Source: an uncultured Clostridia bacterium
Lineage (GTDB): Bacteria > Bacillota > Clostridia > TANB77 > CAG-465
DNA length: 18,670 nt
Direction of reading: 5' to 3'
Assembly: GCA_944383035.1 (NCBI GenBank)
Contig: CALWOE010000025.1
Location: 1 to 18,670 of the forward strand
Positions 7,796 through 14,151 of the stretch are shown one piece after another. The position numbers and the translations under genes are program-made. How positions within the stretch are numbered: position 1 is the stretch's first letter; each line of letters begins with the position of its first letter. Under the pieces are notes generated by a model. It made no database searches. It had not been told where the DNA came from and saw only the letters and a list, made by a program, of their open reading frames with translations.

Positions 7796-8973
7796 GTTAA
7801 TAAATCAATATATTCAGCTTGTTTTTTATAAAGAATATCTAAAAATTTTTTATATCCAATTTTATTTGAATATATCCCGTTATCATTTAAAGTTTTTCCA
7901 TTTATTTTAGTAAATATACTTATTGATAAATTTAATAACTCAAAATTTTTTTTTAAAGATTTTGGAATTTCAAAAAATTTAAAATATATATTTAAAATTA
8001 TTTCAAAATTTTGTATTCCAATATGTGATTTTTTTAATTTATTTAATAAAATAATTTTTTCGTAATTACTAAGATTATTAAAATTTATAGCTTTATCTAA
8101 ATAGTTAGATATATCTTGGCTATATAAAATATATTTTTTTGGTAAATTAAGCCTTTTGCAAAGATTAATAATAGAAATATCATTTATATTTAAAAGATAA
8201 GTACCTAATGAGAGTATTGAAAATATAACTGAGTCATCTTTTGTATATTTTACAATTTCATCTAATGATTTCATTAAGTTATTAAATAATGTTTTATTTT
8301 GTTTAAACAAAAAATTTAATTCAAAAAAATGAATATCTAAAATATCTGAGTTAATTAAGCAATGAAAAAAATTAGATGGATGATCTGTTTTTAAAGCTTT
8401 TTTTAATTCTTCAAATATTCTTTCATTTTTTAAATATTTAATTTCATCTTTTAATTTACTCATTAATTTTATAGTTTCAACATCTACTTTAAAATTATAT
8501 TTAGCACTAAATCTAGCAACTCTATAAACACGTAAACCATCTTCACAAAAACTATTAGATATATGCCTTATTATATGATTTTTTATATCTTCTATACCAT
8601 TGAAAGGATCAATTATATCATTAGTAATTACATCTTTTGCTATTGCATTTATTGTTATATCACGTCTTTTTAAATCGTCATATATTGTAATTTCTTTTGA
8701 AGTATCAAAATTAAAACCTTTATGACCGGTTTTAATTTTTGTTTCTTTTCTTGCAAGTGCACACTCATATGAATTTATAATGTATACAGGAAAGCTACTA
8801 CCTACTTTTTTTACATCTTTAAATAAGTTGTAAAGATCATTTTCATCAAGACCAGTTATGCAAAAATCTAGGTCTTCAGATTTAATATTCATGATTTCAT
8901 CACGTATAGCTCCTCCAACTAAATATAATCTTCCACCGGCATCATTTATTTTTTTTGCCATTTGATTTATCAT
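7780..8973 (-). CDS. cca: CCA-adding tRNA nucleotidyltransferase
   Basis: 397 aa. Class II nucleotidyltransferase head motifs LVGGAIRD...DLDF, RRDITINA, EDGLRVYRVARF and ERIFEELKK. Confidence 0.88.
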   Translation of the reverse strand: MINQMAKKINDAGGRLYLVGGAIRDEIMNIKSEDLDFCITGLDENDLYNLFKDVKKVGSSFPVYIINSYECALARKETKIKTGHKGFNFDTSKEITIYDDLKRRDITINAIAKDVITNDIIDPFNGIEDIKNHIIRHISNSFCEDGLRVYRVARFSAKYNFKVDVETIKLMSKLKDEIKYLKNERIFEELKKALKTDHPSNFFHCLINSDILDIHFFELNFLFKQNKTLFNNLMKSLDEIVKYTKDDSVIFSILSLGTYLLNINDISIINLCKRLNLPKKYILYSQDISNYLDKAINFNNLSNYEKIILLNKLKKSHIGIQNFEIILNIYFKFFEIPKSLKKNFELLNLSISIFTKINGKTLNDNGIYSNKIGYKKFLDILYKKQAEYIDLLTKNNK

Positions 8974-8988
8974 AAAATCACCATTTTT

Positions 8989-9017
8989 ATTATATAATAT
9001 TTAGAAATTAATAGCAA
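8989..9017 (-). promoter_or_regulatory. Putative sigma-A promoter of cca
   Basis: On the - strand: TTGCTA (9017-9012), 17-nt spacer, TATAAT (8994-8989). Divergent from the promoter at 9053. Confidence 0.5.
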
Positions 9018-9052
9018 ATTTTACAAAATTAACAAAAAATTATCATATTTAC

Positions 9053-9081
9053 TTGACAAAAATCATATAATATGGTATATA
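9053..9081 (+). promoter_or_regulatory. Sigma-A promoter with extended -10, driving the leader of the 93-aa gene
   Basis: Consensus TTGACA (9053-9058), 17-nt spacer ending in TGg, then TATATA (9076-9081). Confidence 0.65.
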
Positions 9082-9087
9082 TACTAT

Positions 9088-9209
9088 ATCGAGAGTGCAT
9101 ATAAGTTTAAAAAAATGAGCTATGCAGCCTATGATTAGGTACACTAGTATGAATATCTTCATACAAGGAGTCTTGGTATAAGACTTTTTGTATGAGGATA
9201 TTTTTTTTT
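9088..9209 (+). promoter_or_regulatory. Structured 5' leader ending in an intrinsic terminator (unclassified riboswitch or attenuator candidate)
   Basis: 18-bp terminator stem 9157-9174 / 9180-9197 (3 G-U pairs, loop ggtat) followed by ata plus T9 (9201-9209). A competing 7-bp hairpin gtatgaa / ttcatac (9147-9164) overlaps the terminator 5' arm. No credible promoter lies between the terminator and the ATG at 9267. Confidence 0.6.
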
Positions 9210-9266
9210 CAAAATAAAATTTTATTTTAGAATATCCCAAAATATAATTATAGGAGGAGATTATTT

Positions 9267-9548
9267 ATGTCTAAAGATTATGTCTTTTTTTCATTTGTTG
9301 GTAAAGCTTATAACGTTTTGAAAAATATAAATGGTGTAAAGATTTTATCATATGAAGATGAAGAAGGTGAAATGGAAAATGAAAATTCATATGTTTTAGA
9401 AATTACTTCTAATATGGATTATCCTAAGATTCTTAGACAAATTGTTGAGAGTACTCAAAATATGGGTATTAATTTGACAAAAATGTATTTTTTAGATGAA
9501 AAAGCTGTAACTGAAGTTATGGCTTTTTCTATTTTTGGTATTAGTTAA
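9267..9548 (+). CDS. Hypothetical small acidic protein, 93 aa
   Basis: Strong SD aggagg (9252-9257) and an ORF with Glu-rich centre (EDEEGEMENEN). No recognisable motif. Confidence 0.6.
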   Translation: MSKDYVFFSFVGKAYNVLKNINGVKILSYEDEEGEMENENSYVLEITSNMDYPKILRQIVESTQNMGINLTKMYFLDEKAVTEVMAFSIFGIS

Positions 9549-9572
9549 AAATGAATAAATTTAGTTCAAAAT

Positions 9573-9595
9573 AAAGTTTACTTAACTTTTTTTTT
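9573..9595 (+). terminator. Weak putative terminator after the 93-aa gene
   Basis: 6-bp A/T-rich stem aaagtt / aacttt (loop tactt) running into a T-run ending at 9595. The weak stem makes this call tentative. Confidence 0.3.
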
Positions 9596-9602
9596 ATTTT
9601 CC

Positions 9603-9631
9603 TTGATATTTATATTAATTTATAGTAAAAT
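9603..9631 (+). promoter_or_regulatory. Putative sigma-A promoter for the 9681..12957 gene set (possibly extending through 14051)
   Basis: TTGATA (9603-9608), 17-nt spacer, TAAAAT (9626-9631). Confidence 0.5.
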
Positions 9632-9680
9632 TATATTATGGAATTAAATATAAAAATGAAAAAGATGTGAGGGAATAGTT

Positions 9681-10004
9681 ATGGTTTATAAGAAAATAAC
9701 TTTAGTTGCTATAATGTTAGCTATAATTGCAGCTGTTGTTTCAAGCTTTACATTTGGTGCAACTGATACATTAACAAACGATAAAATAATTGATTCAACA
9801 TTACAAATATTAATATTACTTCAAAAATATTCTTGGCCAATAATAACTTTTGTATTTATATATGCTTTGTATCAATATTATGTTGCTGGTTCAGAAGTTA
9901 TAGAGCAAAAGATTTTAGGTCAAAGATTGATAGTTGGAATAGCAATATTTATGGTAATTTTACAATGTATGCCACTTGTTTATGCATTTTTAATAGTAAA
10001 TTAA
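9681..10004 (+). CDS. Small membrane protein, 107 aa: signal-peptide-like N-terminus plus two TM helices (VirB2/TrbC-like topology)
   Basis: SD gaggg upstream. N-terminal KK plus hydrophobic stretch ending FTFGA. Two further hydrophobic helices (WPIITFVFIYALYQYYV and LIVGIAIFMVILQCMPLVYAFLIV) are separated by a short polar/basic loop. Confidence 0.7.
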   Translation: MVYKKITLVAIMLAIIAAVVSSFTFGATDTLTNDKIIDSTLQILILLQKYSWPIITFVFIYALYQYYVAGSEVIEQKILGQRLIVGIAIFMVILQCMPLVYAFLIVN

Positions 10005-10034
10005 CAAATGATAAGTAATAGGAGAGATTAAATT

Positions 10035-11858
10035 ATGAAGGTACTTTTTGGAATTAATAATGATAATACAGTAAAGGATATAGTTGAATTTTATCAAGAT
10101 AGATATAAAGAAAAAATTGAATATAAAAATGTTTATTATTTTAAACAATTTATTCAAGAGTTATCAGCAAATAAATATGATAGGGCAGTAATGTTAGAAG
10201 AACTTGAAAAGTTTCCAACTAATAATTATGCACAAATTGATGATTATTTATTTAAAAATATTGATAGTATGACTGATGTGTTTGATGCAAAAGATATTAT
10301 ATATATAGCATCTGATAGAAGAAAACTTGGAGATGAATTTTTATCTAAGTTATTTAATCTTGGTATATATACAGTGCTTACAGACCAAAATAGAACAAAA
10401 GGAAAAGTTTGCGAAGGAATACATGCACCATATCTAAAGAAAGATGTAAAAAAATATTATGATAATGTTGTTGGAGAAAATGTATATAAATCAGGAGAGG
10501 TTTCTGAAATAGAAATTCAAAGAATTATATCATATTATAAAAATCAAAATGGTGTTGCAGATAAATATAATGAAATATTTGATAGAATTGCTACTCAATA
10601 TACAAACGAGCAATTAAAAGTAATTATTAATTTTTTACCTGCAGATGTAAAACAACATTTGGCTTTTAATAATGAAAAATATAAAGCATTAATGAATACA
10701 GTAAATCCAACAGTACAACCTACACCAGGTGTAAATAATGTGGCACAACAAACAGGAAATGAAAAGCAATCTCAACCGCAACCTCAACAATCACAACAAG
10801 TTCAAAAAACACAGCATATAATTGATAATAACAAAGATGTTAGCAATCGTGTTGAAGTAAAAAAAGAACCTCAAATAGTTGAGAAAATTGTAGTTCAACA
10901 GGTTGAAAAACCAGCATCTGTTGTAACACAAGTAGTTGAAAAAGAAGTTGTAAGATCTGTTTATGAAGTACCAAAAGATTATAAAAAAGTTGTATGTTTT
11001 GTTGGAGCTCCAAAAGTTGGAACAACGTTTTGTATAAATGCAGTTGCTACATTTTTAGCTAGAAATAAAGTAAAAACTGCAATTGTGGATGTAACAAGAA
11101 AAAGAGATACATATACAATATATACATATGATAATGAAGGAAAAAGAAATATTGCAGCACAAAGTATGAAATATGCTTCAAGTGGTATGAATGAACCATT
11201 AATATATGATAAATTAAGTATTTATACAGGAATGCCAGGTGAAGATAGAAAAACATATAATGCAAATGTTGCAATAGAAACAATAATGGCAAATAATAAT
11301 GTTATACTAATAGATTCTGATTTTACTACACCAACAGATTTCTTTAGATTATGTCAAGAAATTTATTTGGTACAAGACATGGATATTTTAAATATAAATC
11401 AAGTAACTATGTTTTTAAGAGAATTAAAATCTAGAGGTATACCACTTAGCAAATTAAGAGTAATAATTAATAAACATGTCAAATGTGCATTAACATCTAG
11501 AGATATATTAGATGGTATTGCTACATATACAAGTTATGACTTAAAAATGTATGATGAACTTTTAAATGTAAATCAGATTCCATATTTTATACTACCATTT
11601 GATGTAGAAAATTATACAAAATATGTTGAAATGGTGTATAAGTATTCTAATAAATTTGCTACATTTACAGATTTCTTTAAAGAAAACATTTTTAAAGTTA
11701 TAAATTCAATATATCCTGTTGCTGGTACTATGAAGGGAAGTTCTTCTTCTTACTCAGCACCTACTCAAAGAAAAAGTAGAATGTCTGGTATATTTAAGAA
11801 AACCCCAAGATATTCTAATACTACCACAACATCAGGATTTGAAAAAGAAGTAAAATAA
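10035..11858 (+). CDS. Pseudo-receiver / Q,P-rich linker / ParA-MinD-like domain protein with degenerate Walker A, 607 aa
   Basis: N-terminal ~140 aa has an alternating REC-like pattern (KVLFGINNDN...AVMLEELE...IIYIASD...GIYTVLT) without the Asp pocket or Lys. The linker is QPTPGVNNVAQQTGNEKQSQPQPQQSQQVQ. The C-terminal domain has VCFVGAPKVGTTF in place of the xKGGxGK[ST] motif, a Walker-B-like VILIDSD, and a MinD-like layout (LVQDMD..., RVIINKH). Confidence 0.75.
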   Translation: MKVLFGINNDNTVKDIVEFYQDRYKEKIEYKNVYYFKQFIQELSANKYDRAVMLEELEKFPTNNYAQIDDYLFKNIDSMTDVFDAKDIIYIASDRRKLGDEFLSKLFNLGIYTVLTDQNRTKGKVCEGIHAPYLKKDVKKYYDNVVGENVYKSGEVSEIEIQRIISYYKNQNGVADKYNEIFDRIATQYTNEQLKVIINFLPADVKQHLAFNNEKYKALMNTVNPTVQPTPGVNNVAQQTGNEKQSQPQPQQSQQVQKTQHIIDNNKDVSNRVEVKKEPQIVEKIVVQQVEKPASVVTQVVEKEVVRSVYEVPKDYKKVVCFVGAPKVGTTFCINAVATFLARNKVKTAIVDVTRKRDTYTIYTYDNEGKRNIAAQSMKYASSGMNEPLIYDKLSIYTGMPGEDRKTYNANVAIETIMANNNVILIDSDFTTPTDFFRLCQEIYLVQDMDILNINQVTMFLRELKSRGIPLSKLRVIINKHVKCALTSRDILDGIATYTSYDLKMYDELLNVNQIPYFILPFDVENYTKYVEMVYKYSNKFATFTDFFKENIFKVINSIYPVAGTMKGSSSSYSAPTQRKSRMSGIFKKTPRYSNTTTTSGFEKEVK

Positions 11859-11883
11859 CAAAAGATAAGAAAGGAAGAAATTT

Positions 11884-12957
11884 ATGTGGATACTTACAAT
11901 ATTGTTAGCTTTAGCATTGTTAGCGGCAATAGTATTTATTGTAATGATGGCAAACTCGTATAATAAAAACTTAAATTATTATATGCTTTTATCAAAAAAT
12001 GTATCTTCAATGAGTGCTGTTGAAAAAATGTTTGCTATAATGGGGAAAAATACAAGTGCAGAAGAAAAAATAGTACTTGCAAATAAAGTAATGTTAGAGT
12101 TATATTCTCCTAAATATTCTACTTTATCAATATATGATGGAAATACATATACTGCAAAAGCAACAAATGTTGAAAAGACATATATTGAAAGTGTAGCTAA
12201 TGTTGCAGAAGAAGTTGACTTTAAAGCTAATGCTAGTAAAAATGTTTCTAAGTATTTGACAACAACAGCAAATAAGACACTTACATATAAAAGTGCAATG
12301 GAAAGAAAAATAAAATCAGCAATGTTTTCACCAATATATTATAACAATACATATCTTGGATTTTGGTTATTAGAAGATACAAGAGAAGGAGCTTTTGATA
12401 ATATCCCAAAAGAAGAAATTCAAAAGCTAAAAAATAATCTTGGAATATTCTTAGAAAATATAGCTTTCCAAAATACTATAGAAATTGCTGAAAATACAGA
12501 TAAACAAACAACTTTCTATAATAATATGTATTTATATTCAAATATAAGACAAAAACTTATTGATAAAGATACAAGTGCTTTAACATTAATTTGTTTAGAT
12601 AACTTACCTGAAATAAATGAAAAGTACAATAGAAATTTAGGAAATGCACTTTTAATAAAAGCTGCAAATGCACTTAAAGAAATTGTAGGTAATGATTCGT
12701 TTTTAGTAAGATATAGTGGACTTAGATTTTTGGTTGTTACTCCTGATTGTAATGCAGGTGTTGTTCAACCTATGATGGATAGATATTTAACAAAATTAAA
12801 AAACGAAGTAGAGTATGTAAGTGATGAACCAGTTAATTTAAATGCACAAGTTGTTATACATACTTTTAGAAAGCAGAATAATATTGAAGTAGAAATAAGA
12901 AAAATGGTAAAACATATAGATAATATGAAACAAACAAATATAATACAAATTATATAA
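11884..12957 (+). CDS. Membrane-anchored sensor protein with a degenerate GGDEF domain, 357 aa
   Basis: N-terminal TM helix (WILTILLALALLAAIVFIVMM). The central region has a GAF-like pattern (SPIYYNNTYLGFWLLED...). The C-terminal GGDEF-like fold has LTLICLDNLPEINEKYNRNLGNALL (metal and substrate residues replaced) and RYSGLRFLV in place of RxGGDEF. Confidence 0.75.
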   Translation: MWILTILLALALLAAIVFIVMMANSYNKNLNYYMLLSKNVSSMSAVEKMFAIMGKNTSAEEKIVLANKVMLELYSPKYSTLSIYDGNTYTAKATNVEKTYIESVANVAEEVDFKANASKNVSKYLTTTANKTLTYKSAMERKIKSAMFSPIYYNNTYLGFWLLEDTREGAFDNIPKEEIQKLKNNLGIFLENIAFQNTIEIAENTDKQTTFYNNMYLYSNIRQKLIDKDTSALTLICLDNLPEINEKYNRNLGNALLIKAANALKEIVGNDSFLVRYSGLRFLVVTPDCNAGVVQPMMDRYLTKLKNEVEYVSDEPVNLNAQVVIHTFRKQNNIEVEIRKMVKHIDNMKQTNIIQII

Positions 12958-13007
12958 AGTACTAATATTAAATATTAGTAATATAATGTAAGAAAAGGAG
13001 TGATTTT

Positions 13008-13253
13008 ATGGATCAAAACACAACTGTTTTTACTCCACAAAAAGATGAATCAAAAAGAGTAAAAGAAATAATGGAACAAGTAGTTAGTGCATTAAAAGAT
13101 AAAGGTTATGAACCAATTAGTCAAATTATTGGATATATATTATCTGGTGACCCAACATATATAACATCTCATCAGAATGCAAGAGCTTTAATTTGCAAAA
13201 TAGAAAGAGATGATTTATTACAAGAAATGATTAAAAAATATTTGGATTTATAA
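13008..13253 (+). CDS. ireB: IreB-family regulatory phosphoprotein (UPF0297 / YrzL)
   Basis: 81 aa with the signature GYEPISQIIGYILSGDPTYITSHQNAR. SD aaaggag. Canonical position upstream of ruvX. Confidence 0.88.
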   Translation: MDQNTTVFTPQKDESKRVKEIMEQVVSALKDKGYEPISQIIGYILSGDPTYITSHQNARALICKIERDDLLQEMIKKYLDL

Positions 13254-13257
13254 TAAT

Positions 13258-13683
13258 ATGAAAAGAATTCTTGGTATAGATTATGGTGATGTAAGAGTGG
13301 GCCTAGCAATATCAGATCCACTTTTAATTACTGCTCAAGGACTAGATACTTTAGTTATCAATAATAGTGACAAAAACTTTTTGAAAAATATACGAAAAAT
13401 TATTAATGAATATGATATTGAAAAAGTTGTTATTGGTTATCCAAAAAATATGGATGGTACACCATCTAAAAAAACTGAAAAAATAGATATGCTTATACCT
13501 GAAATTGAAAAAATGAATGTACAAGTTATAAAATGGGATGAGCGTTTAACAACAGTTAGTGCATATAAAACAATGAGAGATTTAAATATTTCCCAAAAAA
13601 GTAAAAATAAGTATGCAGATAAATTTGCTGCTATATATATTTTAGAGGGATATTTAAATAGTATAAGAAATAAAGGAGGATAA
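13258..13683 (+). CDS. ruvX: Putative pre-16S rRNA nuclease / Holliday junction resolvase-like protein YqgF
   Basis: 141 aa with ILGIDYGDVRVGLAISD, VVIGYPKNMDGT and WDERLTT motifs of the YqgF/RuvX family. Confidence 0.92.
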   Translation: MKRILGIDYGDVRVGLAISDPLLITAQGLDTLVINNSDKNFLKNIRKIINEYDIEKVVIGYPKNMDGTPSKKTEKIDMLIPEIEKMNVQVIKWDERLTTVSAYKTMRDLNISQKSKNKYADKFAAIYILEGYLNSIRNKGG

Positions 13684-13685
13684 AA

Positions 13686-14051
13686 ATGGAAAATAACGAA
13701 AATGAAGAATTTTTATCATGTGGTACATCTTGTGAAACATGCCCAGGATGTGGACATCATCATGATGATGAATATCTTGATCATGAAGACGATAGAATAA
13801 TGATTCTTACAGATGAAGATGGTAACGATGTAAAATTTGAAAGATTAGATGTTATTGTTTTAGATGATAAAGAATATTTCATTATGGCAAAAATTGAAGA
13901 AGAAGAAAACGAAGATGAAGATTTTGAAGTAGTAATACTTGAATTAAAACAAGATGAAAATGGTGAAATGGTTTTAGATACAGTTACTGATGAAAAATTA
14001 GCAGAAAAAGTATTTAATGAATTTAAGGCAAGAAATGAAGATGAAGAATAG
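13686..14051 (+). CDS. DUF1292 (YrzB-like) protein with a Cys/His-rich N-terminal extension
   Basis: Core is ILTDEDGNDVKFERLDVIVLDDKEYFIM...VVILEL, typical of DUF1292, and the protein is acidic. The N-terminus carries CGTSCETCPGCGHHH. SD aaaggagg upstream. Confidence 0.85.
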   Translation: MENNENEEFLSCGTSCETCPGCGHHHDDEYLDHEDDRIMILTDEDGNDVKFERLDVIVLDDKEYFIMAKIEEEENEDEDFEVVILELKQDENGEMVLDTVTDEKLAEKVFNEFKARNEDEE

Positions 14052-14072
14052 CAAAAAGCTATTCTTTTTTTC
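14045..14072 (+). terminator. Intrinsic terminator after the DUF1292 gene
   Basis: Perfect 8-bp stem agaatagc (14045-14052, includes the TAG stop) / gctattct (14058-14065), loop aaaaa, then a T7 run. Confidence 0.75.
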
Positions 14073-14101
14073 TTGACTTTGATTTTAATAAATGGTAAAA
14101 T
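14073..14101 (+). promoter_or_regulatory. Sigma-A promoter with extended -10 for the 14152 orphan gene
   Basis: TTGACT (14073-14078), 17-nt spacer ending TGg, TAAAAT (14096-14101). Confidence 0.6.
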
Positions 14102-14151
14102 ATCATTTGCAACTAAATTAGTGCCAGATTATAAATATATGGAGGATCTTT

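Noticed and set aside
7701-7910. 69-aa + strand ORF spanning the pflA end and the cca end
   Set aside because: It overlaps two well-supported genes out of frame or antisense, and has no SD.
9088-9146. Assignment of the leader to a known riboswitch class (purine, preQ1, c-di-GMP, c-di-AMP, glycine, T-box)
   Set aside because: None of the conserved core sequences I remember for these classes is present. The tataa after a short helix superficially resembles a purine aptamer J1-2, but the rest of the three-way-junction signature is missing. I left it unclassified.
9049-9240. 63-aa - strand ORF in the cca/93-aa intergenic region
   Set aside because: The region is better explained by a + strand promoter, a structured leader and an 18-bp terminator. 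The ORF has no SD and runs through the promoter elements.
9833-10018. 61-aa + strand ORF overlapping the 107-aa membrane protein gene out of frame
   Set aside because: It is an alternative frame of a gene that has a good SD and coherent TM helices. This frame has no SD and a Cys/Asn-rich nonsense-like sequence.
10690-10960. Apparent tandem repeat or DNA-level repeat in the Q/P/V-rich part of the 607-aa gene
   Set aside because: The repetition (caa/cag runs, gttgaaaaa-like units encoding QQ and VVEK) is imperfect and in frame. It is best explained as a low-complexity protein linker, not a DNA repeat element or CRISPR-like array.
10840-11292. Two antisense ORFs (61 and 77 aa) inside the 607-aa gene
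   Set aside because: They are antisense to a long ORF with a recognisable domain, and their translations are Leu/Gln/His/Tyr low-complexity.
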